64,000 nucleotides of DNA from a bacterium UBP8_UBA817 (lineage in GTDB: Bacteria; Margulisbacteria; Marinamargulisbacteria; CAMDBA01), in contig CAMDBA010000003.1 in assembly GCA_945888995.1 (NCBI GenBank), positions 279-64,278 of the forward strand, read 5' to 3'. Under the pieces are notes generated by a model, which was not told the origin of the DNA, did no database searches, and saw only the letters and a program-made list of their open reading frames with translations. The translations under genes and the position numbers were made by a program. Each line of letters starts with the position of its first letter. The first letter of the stretch is position 1. This document shows positions 18,503-28,530 of the stretch, one piece after another.

Positions 18503-18937
18503 ATGACCCAACAAACCATCGCCATCGGCTCAGATCACGGCGGACTATCACTCAAAACCGCGATTATCGACCATTTAAAACAACAAAATATACCCGTCAA
18601 AGATTGTGGCCCCACCACAAACGCATCCGTCGATTACCCCGACTATGCCGAAAAAGTCGCACAAAACGTTCTAGAAACACCTAACACTATTGGTATTCTA
18701 TGCTGTGGCACAGGAATCGGCATGAGCATCAAAGCCAACCGCCATCCCGGCATTCGCGCGGCCTTGGTCCACGACGAATTCACCGCAAAAATGGCAAAAG
18801 AACACAACAACGCCAACATCCTCTGCCTCGGCGGGCGACTTCTATCCAATGAAGAAGCCATTCACCTGGTCGACACCTGGCTAAAAAGCACCTTCGATGG
18901 CGGCCGCCATCAAGCTCGGGTGGATAAATTAGGGTAA
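18503..18937 (+). CDS. rpiB: Ribose-5-phosphate isomerase B
   Basis: GSDHGG and CCGTGIGMSI motifs, 144 aa. Confidence 0.9.
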   Translation: MTQQTIAIGSDHGGLSLKTAIIDHLKQQNIPVKDCGPTTNASVDYPDYAEKVAQNVLETPNTIGILCCGTGIGMSIKANRHPGIRAALVHDEFTAKMAKEHNNANILCLGGRLLSNEEAIHLVDTWLKSTFDGGRHQARVDKLG

Positions 18938-18952
18938 ATTCTCAACGCGTAT

Positions 18953-19057
18953 GAAAAATACCCAGATGCAAGGCCGCGTGAGCAGAAAACCGGAGGTGTA
19001 GCGGTAGCTACATTGAGGATTTTAGCGGAGCGCTAACACTGCAAAAGGATGTTTTTC
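18953..19057 (+). repeat. Structured intergenic repeat, copy A (~105 nt, four-helix fold)
   Basis: It aligns along its whole length with 41138-41245. The closing stem is gaaaaataccc / ggatgtttttc. Inner helices are 18976-18979/19030-19033, 18982-18991/19017-19026, and the hairpin 18995-19002/19007-19014. G-T pairs exist only on the + strand. Confidence 0.6.
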
Positions 19058-19064
19058 AGTAGCG

Positions 19065-20369
19065 TTATTTAACGAATTTATAACTAGGCCGAATAATCCG
19101 CTTACCAGACAAAATCTCTTCAATCCTATGCGAACACCATCCGGACATCCGTGCCATTGCAAATAAAGACGTATATAACTGTGTCGGAATTCCTAAGCAG
19201 TCGTACACAAATCCTGAAAAGAAATCCACATTCGGCGCGATCACCTTGTCGCTACCTTTGAGTTCTTCAAAAAGCTTCGGACCTTCTTCTTCAATTAAGA
19301 AATAGAGATTCAATTCGTCCATCCGGCCTTTTTCCTGCGCCAACTTCAAGGCTTGTTCCTTCAGAATTGTGGCGCGTGGATCTGATTTCGTATAAACCGC
19401 ATGCCCTAGACCATAGATTTTGCCTGAGCGATCATGAGCCTCTTTCAAAATAATTTTCTTCAAGTACCCACGGACTTCTTCACGGTCGGACCAGTTTTCC
19501 ACATGCTGCTTAATATCCGCCATCATATCCATGACCATAATATTAGCCGCCCCATGCAAAGGACCTTTGAGACTTGCAGTCGCAGCTGCAATCGCCGAAT
19601 AAATATCGGTTCCGCTAGACGTGACCACCCGGGCTGCAAATGTCGAATTGTTTCCGCCACCGTGCTCGGTATGCAAAATCAAACATAGGTCAAAAATTGA
19701 CTTCTCTAATTCCGATACCGGCTGACCTTCGCGCAACATGTATAGAAAGGCCTCAGCAGTGGACATACCTTCTTTCGGGGCGAGAAACGACGGGTTATGA
19801 GAAAATTCTTTTAAAAATGAATAGGCCAGAATAGTCGGTACTTTAGCGATCAGATCCATACTTTTATACAGATTTTCCAATGGATCCAACGTATCCGGAT
19901 CATCGTCCTCAGAATAGAGTGCCGAAACTGAGGTTTGAAGCTTGTTCATTAAATTATGACTGGAAATCCCTTGAATCACATGAGAAACAATGGCATCGGG
20001 CAAAGACCGGGACTCTTCTAAAAGTCGACTGAAGGCCTTGAGCTCCTCCGCATTAGGCCAACGGCCTAAAAGCAATAAAAAAGAAACTTTTTCAAATCCG
20101 AAGTGATCGACATTCTGACACGCCGCAACCACATCAAAAATAGAAATTCCGCGGTAAGACAATTCTCCATCCACAGCTTCGGATTTACCATCCTGAACCT
20201 TGGATCCGATGACCGCACAAATATGAGTCAACCCGGTCAAAACTCCGCTTCCATCGGCATTTCGCAATCCGCGCTTCACATCGAAGGAATTATACACTTC
20301 TTGAGAAATGCTGTTATTTTGAACCAGTGTACTCTTAAGCTCTTCTAGTAAAGTGATACGTGTCATCAT
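19065..20369 (-). CDS. gltA: Citrate synthase
   Basis: HTEHGGGNNSTF and GLGHAVYTKSDPRA catalytic-His contexts, plus a C-terminal RPSYKF. Confidence 0.9.
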   Translation of the reverse strand: MMTRITLLEELKSTLVQNNSISQEVYNSFDVKRGLRNADGSGVLTGLTHICAVIGSKVQDGKSEAVDGELSYRGISIFDVVAACQNVDHFGFEKVSFLLLLGRWPNAEELKAFSRLLEESRSLPDAIVSHVIQGISSHNLMNKLQTSVSALYSEDDDPDTLDPLENLYKSMDLIAKVPTILAYSFLKEFSHNPSFLAPKEGMSTAEAFLYMLREGQPVSELEKSIFDLCLILHTEHGGGNNSTFAARVVTSSGTDIYSAIAAATASLKGPLHGAANIMVMDMMADIKQHVENWSDREEVRGYLKKIILKEAHDRSGKIYGLGHAVYTKSDPRATILKEQALKLAQEKGRMDELNLYFLIEEEGPKLFEELKGSDKVIAPNVDFFSGFVYDCLGIPTQLYTSLFAMARMSGWCSHRIEEILSGKRIIRPSYKFVK

Positions 20370-20594
20370 CTTGGATGGATCTCCTTAAAACGTAATAATT
20401 TCCATAATTAAATATAAATAAATCTAAAACAACGCGTATCCTAGGTAAATCATGCGTTATTAAAAGATATCCTAATTTTACCAGTTTGACACCCCTCGAG
20501 TATACAGATTAGAGGTAGTTGCAAAATGTCCTGTCAGTCTGGTTAAATATGGAGCGCTGTTTTACGGTTTTTGGATAAGGAGTTCCCGATATTG

Positions 20595-21515
20595 ATGTCT
20601 TGGAAACATTCCCATCTTTTGGGCCTACGAACGCTGGACAAGGAAGATCTCGCCCGCATTTTGGATAAAGCCGCCTATCTTCACTCGCTCTATCCCGATG
20701 AGCTGCCAGAGACCACGTTACAAAAAAAAACACTGGTACATCTGTTTTTCGAACCATCGACCCGCACCCGCGTTTCGTTTGACCTCGCGATCAAATCATT
20801 AGGCGCCTCATCTATTCAAATCAATATGGAAACCAGCTCGGTTAAAAAAGGGGAAAGCCTTTACGATACGGTCAAAAATCTAGAAGCAATGGGGGTTCAT
20901 GGATTTATTGTCCGGCACCGTCACGGCGGTGTTGCAGAGTTTATCTCTAAACATGTCGGCATCCCTGTCATCAACGCAGGCGACGGATTCAACGAACATC
21001 CGACACAAGGCCTCCTCGACATCTTTACGATGCTGCAACACACCGACACCCTAGCCGGCAAAAAAGTACTCATCCTCGGCGACATTGCCCACTCCCGGGT
21101 CGCACGCTCAAATATCTGGGGCCTGACAAAATTAGGCGCTGAAGTCTTTGTCTGCGGACCGCCGACCCTGATGCCCTCCGGCATCGAACAACTCGGCGTC
21201 AAAATCGCCCCGTCACTAGATAAAATTATCCCTGAGCTCGATTTTATCAACGTACTTCGGGTTCAATATGAGCGACAAGAAGTACAATGCATCCCTTCCA
21301 TCCGCGAATACCGGGCCTTTTTCTGCCTCACTCAGGAACGGCTCAAATCAGCAAAAAAAGACCTCGTCATCCTCCATCCGGGACCGATTAATCGCGGCAT
21401 TGAGATGGATTCCGATGTGGTCGACGGCCCTCACAATGTCATTCTCGACCAGGTGCAAAACGGCATCATCACCCGAATGGCGGTATTATCTTTACTATTA
21501 GGAAAAAAATCATGA
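20595..21515 (+). CDS. pyrB: Aspartate carbamoyltransferase catalytic subunit
   Basis: FFEPSTRTR, HPTQGLLD and HPGPINRG motifs. The start is set to ATG 20595 (MSWKHSHLLGL) with AAGGAG upstream. Confidence 0.95.
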   Translation: MSWKHSHLLGLRTLDKEDLARILDKAAYLHSLYPDELPETTLQKKTLVHLFFEPSTRTRVSFDLAIKSLGASSIQINMETSSVKKGESLYDTVKNLEAMGVHGFIVRHRHGGVAEFISKHVGIPVINAGDGFNEHPTQGLLDIFTMLQHTDTLAGKKVLILGDIAHSRVARSNIWGLTKLGAEVFVCGPPTLMPSGIEQLGVKIAPSLDKIIPELDFINVLRVQYERQEVQCIPSIREYRAFFCLTQERLKSAKKDLVILHPGPINRGIEMDSDVVDGPHNVILDQVQNGIITRMAVLSLLLGKKS

Positions 21516-22798
21516 CCAAAACAGTTCTCTTAAATGCAAAATTAATCAAACCCGACTCCAAACCCCCGGAAACCTGCAACTTATTATTAGCCAACGGCAA
21601 ACTCATCGGGATGGGATACATCCCCGATGAAGCGGAAGACAGTGTTCACCAAATTGATCTGCAAGGCTGCTGGATCGTCCCCAATATTATCGATAGCTTT
21701 GTCCAAGGCTGCGAACCCGGATTCGAAAACAGAGACAATCTGGACTCGGTTTCAACAGCAGCTGCGAGTGCAGGCATCACAGGCCTGATCTCAAGTCCCG
21801 AAACTTACCCTGTCTGCGACACGCCTGAAATGATTCAATTTATCCTCAACCGTGCAACTTCAGCTACACTACCGGTCTACCCATTAGGCGGCGTGACTAA
21901 GCAACTCCAGGGAAGCGAATTGGCCGAAATGGGATTAATGAAAAAAGCAGGGGCCGTCGGATTCACGGACGGCGCCGCAATCATATCCCCGTCCATGATG
22001 CAAAATGCCTTAGCGTATAGCGCCATGTTCGGAACACCGATCCTCAGCCGTCCCCATAGTCACAATCCTGAAGACGGTGTAATGAATGACGGGTATCAAT
22101 CTACGATTTTGGGCCTCAAAGGCGTCTCGTCCGTTATCGAAGAAACCCTCGTTGCCCGGGATATTCAACTCGCCGAAAAAACGGGTGGAAAACTGCATAT
22201 CTTCCCCATTACGACTCGCGGATCAGTTAAGCTCATCCGAGACGCCAAACAACGAGGCATCCAGGTCACCTGCGGAACCGCACCGCATTACCTTTATCTG
22301 ACCGATCAGGATCTCGAAGGCTATGATACGGCCAAAAAAGCAAACCCACCCTTCCGAACCTCGGATGACCAAGCCGCACTAATTGACGGCATCAAAGACG
22401 GGACAATCGATATACTGGCCTCCGATCATCAACCACATACGATCGACGACAAGCGAACCGATTTCACCTCCGCCGCATTCGGCATTTCAGGCGTGGACCT
22501 CTTCTTGCCCCTCATACTCAACAACCTCTACCACCAACACAAAATCGATCCAAGCCTGATCTTCAAACTGATCAGCACCAACCCGGCAAGACTGTTTTCA
22601 CTCTCATTGCCAAAATTATTACTAGGCAGCGCCCCAAATTTCACCATCATCGATCCGGCCCAAGACTATACCGTCACACAGGACAGCCTTCTCTCCAAAG
22701 GCAAAAACACCCCGTTTATCGGCCAAACCCTCAAAGGCGGTGCAAAAATCACCGTTGTGAATGGGAAATTTGTTTCGAATGTTCTGCCTTTTGCATAA
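21512..22798 (+). CDS. Dihydroorotase-like protein with degenerate metal ligands (PyrC-prime type)
   Basis: It is collinear with type I dihydroorotases (EPG, FTD, ASDHQPH, KGKNTPF), but DSFVQ replaces D-x-H-x-H and HIFPITT replaces H-x-x-H-x-S-T. It has an ATGA overlap with pyrB. Confidence 0.8.
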   Translation: MTKTVLLNAKLIKPDSKPPETCNLLLANGKLIGMGYIPDEAEDSVHQIDLQGCWIVPNIIDSFVQGCEPGFENRDNLDSVSTAAASAGITGLISSPETYPVCDTPEMIQFILNRATSATLPVYPLGGVTKQLQGSELAEMGLMKKAGAVGFTDGAAIISPSMMQNALAYSAMFGTPILSRPHSHNPEDGVMNDGYQSTILGLKGVSSVIEETLVARDIQLAEKTGGKLHIFPITTRGSVKLIRDAKQRGIQVTCGTAPHYLYLTDQDLEGYDTAKKANPPFRTSDDQAALIDGIKDGTIDILASDHQPHTIDDKRTDFTSAAFGISGVDLFLPLILNNLYHQHKIDPSLIFKLISTNPARLFSLSLPKLLLGSAPNFTIIDPAQDYTVTQDSLLSKGKNTPFIGQTLKGGAKITVVNGKFVSNVLPFA

Positions 22799-22818
22799 AC
22801 ACTAAACAAATCAACTAT

Positions 22819-22916
22819 CCACCTCCAATTCACCCCCCACCTAAGCGCCCCCCTTGGTAAGGACGGAGGGACCCAAAATTAAGCCTGCCCTTGATAAGGG
22901 GAGGTTGGGAGGGGTG
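22819..22916. other. C/G-tract compound palindrome between the convergent pyrC-like and leuS 3' ends
   Basis: The outer arms ccacctccaa..cacccc and ggggaggttgggaggggtg are imperfectly complementary. The inner hairpins are cctt-ggt-aagg (22852-22862) and ccctt-gat-aaggg (22888-22900). It is probably a bidirectional terminator region. Confidence 0.4.
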
Positions 22917-22953
22917 CATTGAGAGAGGCATTGAAGCTATAAGCAAACAACGA

Positions 22954-25368
22954 CTAAGCGCCCACCACAATATTCACCAATTTATTGGGCACATAAATCA
23001 CCTGGCGAATCTGAGCGCCTTGAATATGCTTAGCTACTTTTTCAAGCACCAAGCATTGAGATTCGACTTGGGCGCGGTCGGTATCACGTGGCAATTGAAA
23101 CTTATCACGGACTTTTCCGTTTACCTGAACCACAATCGTGACAGTATCTTCTACCAGCAATGCCGGATCAAAAGTAGGCCAGGCTTGAAGGTGAACACTC
23201 TCTTTATTCCCGAGAATAAACCAAATTTCTTCTGAGGCAAACGGCGCAAACGGCGCTAATAATAATGTCAAAATGTTGATAGCCTCAGATGTTGCACCAT
23301 GAGAATACATAAAATTAACAAACTCCATCAGCCGGCTGATCGCGGTGTTATAGCTGAATCGTCCGATATCGTCCGTCACGGCTTTAACAGTCTTATGAGT
23401 CATACGAATTAAGTCGACCTCTTTGCCTGCTGCCAGAGGATGTGACTCCTGAGCTGTACACAACCGGAACACCCGACCTAAAAATCGAAACGCGCCTTCC
23501 ACACCCGTATCCGACCAATCCAAATCCCGTTCCGGCGGCGCACCGAATAAAATAAAGAGCCTGGCGGTATCTGCGCCATACACATCAATAATTTGACCGG
23601 GATCAACGGTATTGCCCAATGACTTAGACATTTTCGCGCCGTCTTTAATAACCATGCCTTGGGTCAATAATTGCAAGAATGGCTCATCTAATGAGATCAA
23701 ACCGAGGTCACGCAATGCTTTTGTAAAAAATCGCGAATAAAGAAGATGCAAAACCGCATGCTCAACCCCGCCAATATATTGATCGACAGGTAGCCAATAA
23801 GCGGCTTCTTCCTTATTAATAGGCCATTGATCTTCTTTCGGTGACACATACCGCATAAAATACCAGGACGAATCCACGAACGTATCCATTGTATCGGTTT
23901 CACGCTTGGCCGGTCCGCCGCAGGAAGGACATGGGCAATTCACAAAATCCGGCACCCCATCCAAGGGATTGCCTTCCCAATTAAATTCCACATTTTTAGG
24001 CAATTTAATCGGCAATTGGGCTTCCGGAACACCCGTCACGCCACACACCTCACAATACACAATCGGAATCGGCGTTCCCCAATATCTCTGGCGGGACAAC
24101 AACCAGTCCCGAAGCCGGAAATGCACGCTGCGCTCTCCGATCCCCTTTTCTTCGATATATTCAACTATTTTGGCTTTAAACGACTCATTGGTCAGTCCGT
24201 TAAATTCACCTGAATGAATCATCACGCCTGACTGGGTAAAAGCTTCCGATAAACTTGCATTAGCATCCGCCTGATCCGCAGGAAGAATGACGGTTTTGAT
24301 CGGCAGCTGATACGTTTTTGCGAATTGAAAATCCCGGGTATCGTGCGCAGGAACGGCCATGACAGCCCCGGTCCCATAATCCATTAAGACATAATCCGAC
24401 ACCCAGATCGGATGCGTCTCGCCGGTAAATGGGCTTACAAAATACTTCCCGGTAAACACACCTTCTTTGGTCTTCGTATCATCCGTGCGGTCGGCTTTAC
24501 TTTTTTGCTTGGCCTTTTGAATATAGGCTAATGTTTCTTTTTCATACGGTGTTCCCGCAACCCATTCGGTTACGCATGGATATTCCGGCGCAACCACAAG
24601 ATACGTAATCCCATAAACAGTGTCAGGCCGCGTGGTAAATACCGTCATCGTTTCTTCGGAATCTACAATCGGAAACGTGATTTTGGCCCCCACGGATTTT
24701 CCGATCCAGTTTTCCTGCATAATACGAACTTTTTCCGGCCATCCGGTCAGCGTTTTGATATCCGCTAATAACTCCTCGGCGTATTCGGTAATCTTAAAAA
24801 ACCATTGCGCCAATTCCTTGGACTGAACCTCGGAATGACACCGCCAGCATTGGCCGTCTTGCACCTGCTCATTCGCCAAAACAGTTTTGCAAGACTCGCA
24901 CCAATTCACAGGCGCTTTTTTCTTATACGCCAATCCTTTTTTCCAAAGTTGCAGAAAAATCCACTGATTCCAACGGTAATACTCTTCCTTACAAGTCACA
25001 ACCTGCCGGTCCCAGTCATAGCTAAACCCCAGCCGGACCTGCTGTTCTTTCATTTGCTCAACTTTTTCCAATGTCCAGTCTTCAGGGTGAATATGATGCT
25101 GCTTAGCGGCATTTTCCGCGGGCAATCCCAACGAGTCATATCCCATCGGATAAAACACGTTAAATCCTTTCATTCTTAAGAATCGAGCGTACGCATCTCC
25201 CAATGAATAATTCCGAACATGGCCCATATGCAGCTTACCTGAAGGATACGGAAACATTTCCAACACATAAAATTTAGGCTTGTTGGGATCTTTTTTGGTT
25301 TTATAAAGATCAGATTCCTGCCAACTCCGAATCCATTTCTCTTCCATTTCGAGAGGTTTATAGTCCAT
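22954..25368 (-). CDS. leuS: Leucine--tRNA ligase
   Basis: HMGHVRNY (HIGH) and KMSKS motifs, CP1 editing region. The start is set to ATG 25368 ([12 protein letters not shown]) with AAGGAG upstream. Confidence 0.95.
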   Translation of the reverse strand: MDYKPLEMEEKWIRSWQESDLYKTKKDPNKPKFYVLEMFPYPSGKLHMGHVRNYSLGDAYARFLRMKGFNVFYPMGYDSLGLPAENAAKQHHIHPEDWTLEKVEQMKEQQVRLGFSYDWDRQVVTCKEEYYRWNQWIFLQLWKKGLAYKKKAPVNWCESCKTVLANEQVQDGQCWRCHSEVQSKELAQWFFKITEYAEELLADIKTLTGWPEKVRIMQENWIGKSVGAKITFPIVDSEETMTVFTTRPDTVYGITYLVVAPEYPCVTEWVAGTPYEKETLAYIQKAKQKSKADRTDDTKTKEGVFTGKYFVSPFTGETHPIWVSDYVLMDYGTGAVMAVPAHDTRDFQFAKTYQLPIKTVILPADQADANASLSEAFTQSGVMIHSGEFNGLTNESFKAKIVEYIEEKGIGERSVHFRLRDWLLSRQRYWGTPIPIVYCEVCGVTGVPEAQLPIKLPKNVEFNWEGNPLDGVPDFVNCPCPSCGGPAKRETDTMDTFVDSSWYFMRYVSPKEDQWPINKEEAAYWLPVDQYIGGVEHAVLHLLYSRFFTKALRDLGLISLDEPFLQLLTQGMVIKDGAKMSKSLGNTVDPGQIIDVYGADTARLFILFGAPPERDLDWSDTGVEGAFRFLGRVFRLCTAQESHPLAAGKEVDLIRMTHKTVKAVTDDIGRFSYNTAISRLMEFVNFMYSHGATSEAINILTLLLAPFAPFASEEIWFILGNKESVHLQAWPTFDPALLVEDTVTIVVQVNGKVRDKFQLPRDTDRAQVESQCLVLEKVAKHIQGAQIRQVIYVPNKLVNIVVGA

Positions 25369-25529
25369 AAAAAGTGCACTCCTTTTGGGTTCAGACGCGG
25401 CATATTGCCGTCTATTTTGAGCATAAAGTATATCCAATTATGCACGGTATGGCAAAAAGAAACCCGATATAATATACTAACGTTATATTTATATATAATA
25501 TAATAAAATATAACATAAAAGGAGATATA

Positions 25530-27053
25530 ATGTTAAGCACAGTCAAAAGTGCCGCCCTTATCGGAATCGAAGCCATTGATATTACGGTCGAAGTAGACGC
25601 CACTCCAGGGCTTCCCGTTGAAATTATTGTCGGCCTCCCGGATGCCGTCGTCAAAGAAAGTAAAAACAGGATCAAATCCGCGATTAAGAATTCAGGATTT
25701 AATTACCCGGCCAAGGTCTACACTATCAACCTCGCACCCGCTGATATCAAAAAAGAAGGCCCTCTTTTAGACCTGCCTATCGCCACCGGAATTTTGCAGT
25801 CTACGGGCCAAATTTCCGAACCTCGGGAGTCCACGTTAGTCGTAGGCGAATTATCGCTAAACGGGGAAATCAAATCCATTCGCGGCATTTTATCAATCTG
25901 CCATATGGCAGCCAAAAAAGGCCTCTCCCGCATTATTCTTCCCGCAGACAATATCAACGAAGCCAGCCTAATCGACGATATCATCCTGATTCCTATCCGG
26001 CACCTATCCGATTTAACCATCATCCTCGACGACCAATACACGCCGCCACAGGTCGAACGACGGGTCTTTTCAATGGGCGGCACATTTCTGGATTTCATGG
26101 ATGTCAAAGGTCAGTTAGGGGCTAAAAGGGCCCTGGAGATTGCAGCGGCAGGCCGGCACAATATCTTATTTTTAGGCCCTCCCGGCACAGGAAAAACGAT
26201 GTTGCTCAAACGATTGCCGTATGTGCTGCCTGATCTGAGCAAGGATGAAGCCATCGAGACTTACAAGATCACCAGTATCACCAATAAAGTTTCCGGAAGA
26301 ACCCCCACGCTGACACGCCCATTCCGCTCACCTCACCATTCGATTTCATACGCAGGTATGGCCGGAGGCGGTACATGCCCACAACCCGGCGAACTCAGTC
26401 TCGCCCATAACGGCATCCTATTTTTAGATGAATTACCCGAATTCTCCCGCAATGTAATCGACGTTCTTAGGCAACCCTTGGAAGAACGAAAAATCCAGAT
26501 CAGCCGGGCCAATTTTAATATCGAATATCCCGCCAATTTTATGCTCGCAGCCGCCATGAATTCCTGCCCATGTGGATACTACAATGATGCTTTTATACAT
26601 TGCCAGTGCCCCAGCCAGATGGTCCGCAAATATTGGAAAAAGATCTCAGGGCCGATTTTAGACCGGATCGATCTCATCATCGAAATACCTCGGCTCAAAA
26701 CCACGGAGTTTTTTGAAAGCACCTCATCAGAACAACAAAAATATGCCACGGCAGCCATGAAGTCCCGTGTCTTGGCCGCTACAGACCGTCAACATTCGCG
26801 ATTCAGCAGCCCGATCAGCAACGCCGAAATGACCCCGAAAATGGTACAAACGCTCTGTAAAATCACGCCGGATATCCAGGAATTTCTCAAAAATATTATT
26901 GATAGAGGACTTCTCACCGGCCGCTCCTATGACAAACTTCTAAAAGTATCGAGAACCATCGCCGACCTTGAACAAAAAGACGATATCACGCTCAACCATA
27001 TCGCCGAAGCCGTTCAATATCGGAAGCCTGAAAAGCTGATCTCGCCTACCTGA
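25530..27053 (+). CDS. comM: YifB/ComM family Mg-chelatase-like ATPase
   Basis: N-terminal Lon-protease-like domain, Walker A GPPGTGKTM, LFLDELPEF, and a C-terminal ComM region. Confidence 0.9.
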   Translation: MLSTVKSAALIGIEAIDITVEVDATPGLPVEIIVGLPDAVVKESKNRIKSAIKNSGFNYPAKVYTINLAPADIKKEGPLLDLPIATGILQSTGQISEPRESTLVVGELSLNGEIKSIRGILSICHMAAKKGLSRIILPADNINEASLIDDIILIPIRHLSDLTIILDDQYTPPQVERRVFSMGGTFLDFMDVKGQLGAKRALEIAAAGRHNILFLGPPGTGKTMLLKRLPYVLPDLSKDEAIETYKITSITNKVSGRTPTLTRPFRSPHHSISYAGMAGGGTCPQPGELSLAHNGILFLDELPEFSRNVIDVLRQPLEERKIQISRANFNIEYPANFMLAAAMNSCPCGYYNDAFIHCQCPSQMVRKYWKKISGPILDRIDLIIEIPRLKTTEFFESTSSEQQKYATAAMKSRVLAATDRQHSRFSSPISNAEMTPKMVQTLCKITPDIQEFLKNIIDRGLLTGRSYDKLLKVSRTIADLEQKDDITLNHIAEAVQYRKPEKLISPT

Positions 27054-27127
27054 GTCCGTTTCTTTTAGTTTTAGGAAACGGTATGCTAAGATAAAAACAT
27101 CTTATTTTTTCACAAAAGGATACCGCC

Positions 27128-27916
27128 GTGTCAGAAAAATTGACCCCCGATGACCTGGATTATAACGATGGCCTAGGTGACATGTTACAAGACAAGAAAC
27201 CGCCGGTGAACACCATGAGGTTCATTTGGATGACCGTTATTTTGCTGCTAGTGGCCATCTTCAGCTTCGGAGTAAGTTTTTATTTAGGCAAAAAAATTCT
27301 GACTCGCACTTTGGGCCAATCCGGCAACAAGCCCTCATTCAAAACGGACCTTCAAACCACTATCACAACCATTAAAACCGAAAACGAGCGGATCCTACAC
27401 AAAATCAGCCAGGAAACCTCGCCGTCGGCCTCCTCGACTGTAGTAGTCGTCAAATCAACCACCCCCATCGCTATATCGACACCTAACACCCCTGTAGCGG
27501 TTCCAACGCCGACGCTCACCCCATCACCGACACCTGTCAAAGCTCCGGCCACTCCGGTAGTAGCGCCTGCTATTAAAAAAATACACCCGGTTGTTCACAC
27601 GCCTCGCGCGGTACCGGCAAAACCTAAAAAGAGATACGTGGCCCATGCTGCGGCTCAGACCCCTCTTCCCCGTCCTGAAAACGGCACCTATGCCATTGTC
27701 GTAGGCGCCTTTTCTACAGAAGCAAACGCCTCAGCTCTGGCCAATGATTTACGAACAAAATATGCAGCCGTAGAAATCACGAATACCCAAAGCCAGGGAA
27801 AACCGTTTTACCGGGCTCAGGTCGGACGTTACACATCATTATCGGAGGCGATAACCGCTTCACGCCAGTTAAAGGCCGCTGGGTATCCTTGTTTTTTAAC
27901 GTTGCTATCTGAATAG
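27128..27916 (+). CDS. SPOR-domain membrane protein
   Basis: GTG start, one TM helix (IWMTVILLLVAIFSFGVSFYL), a Pro/Thr/Ala-rich linker, and a C-terminal SPOR-like domain (YAIVVGAFSTEANA...YRAQVGRYTSLSEA). Confidence 0.75.
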   Translation: MSEKLTPDDLDYNDGLGDMLQDKKPPVNTMRFIWMTVILLLVAIFSFGVSFYLGKKILTRTLGQSGNKPSFKTDLQTTITTIKTENERILHKISQETSPSASSTVVVVKSTTPIAISTPNTPVAVPTPTLTPSPTPVKAPATPVVAPAIKKIHPVVHTPRAVPAKPKKRYVAHAAAQTPLPRPENGTYAIVVGAFSTEANASALANDLRTKYAAVEITNTQSQGKPFYRAQVGRYTSLSEAITASRQLKAAGYPCFLTLLSE

Positions 27917-27920
27917 CACG

Positions 27921-28496
27921 ATGAAACGTCGATTGTTTTTAGCTTCAAGCTCGCCTCGCCGGGCTGAAATTTTAAAACATCATCACATTCCGTTCACGGT
28001 TATCGAAAACAAACTATCCTCCGAAATATTACCGGAAACCCCTCATCAAATTCGCTATCACCTTCGAAAGCTCGCTTACGAAAAAGCAGCCAGTTCGCAG
28101 GCCGATCACCGCGGACTTATCGTCGGAGTGGACACGACCGTCTGGATCGACAACCGCATTCTCGGCAAGCCGAAAGACAGGGAAGAAGCCCGGGAGTTTT
28201 TGGCTTATCTCTCCGGGAAAATCCATTTCGTCACCACCGGCGTCTGCATCATCGATACGATTCTTAATAAAACCTACAAATTTACCGACACAACCGAGGT
28301 CCGGTTCCTCCCTTTATCCGAAATCGACATCCAAAGCTATTGCACCCATTACCCCGTTCTGGACAAGGCCGGAGGATACGCCATTCAGGACCACGCCCAA
28401 ACCTTCGTCGAAACCATCAAAGGGTCCTACTTCAATATTGTCGGCCTTCCAATCGAAAAGTTATTAAAGTTCATTCGAAACTATGCTATAGTCTGA
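27921..28496 (+). CDS. maf: Maf-like nucleoside triphosphate pyrophosphatase
   Basis: LASSSPRRAEIL N-terminus, DTTV, and GGYAIQ motifs. Confidence 0.9.
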   Translation: MKRRLFLASSSPRRAEILKHHHIPFTVIENKLSSEILPETPHQIRYHLRKLAYEKAASSQADHRGLIVGVDTTVWIDNRILGKPKDREEAREFLAYLSGKIHFVTTGVCIIDTILNKTYKFTDTTEVRFLPLSEIDIQSYCTHYPVLDKAGGYAIQDHAQTFVETIKGSYFNIVGLPIEKLLKFIRNYAIV

Positions 28497-28530
28497 CGCT
28501 TAGCGTGTCATTTTATAAGGAGTTCATTAC

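Noticed and set aside
20370-20594. A possible PyrR-type attenuator upstream of pyrB (acagattagagg resembles the PyrR-binding loop)
   Set aside because: The match to the ARUCCAGAGAGGYU consensus is poor. No convincing terminator/antiterminator pair follows it, and no pyrR gene is present in the window.
22891-23235. ORF 22891..23235 (+), which starts in the G-rich spacer
   Set aside because: Its start comes from the G-tract palindrome (MIRGGWEG...), and the rest is antisense to the leuS 3' end. There is no independent support.
25393-25413. A hairpin (agacg-c-ggca tat tgccgtct) in the leuS leader and the AT-rich leuS/comM spacer, considered as a possible T-box or attenuator
   Set aside because: The leader is far too short for a T-box (only about 60-100 nt are available). 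I found no T-box sequence (..GGGTGG.ACC.CG..) or specifier-loop architecture, either here or upstream of pheS (33343-33623). It is probably just promoter or leader structure.
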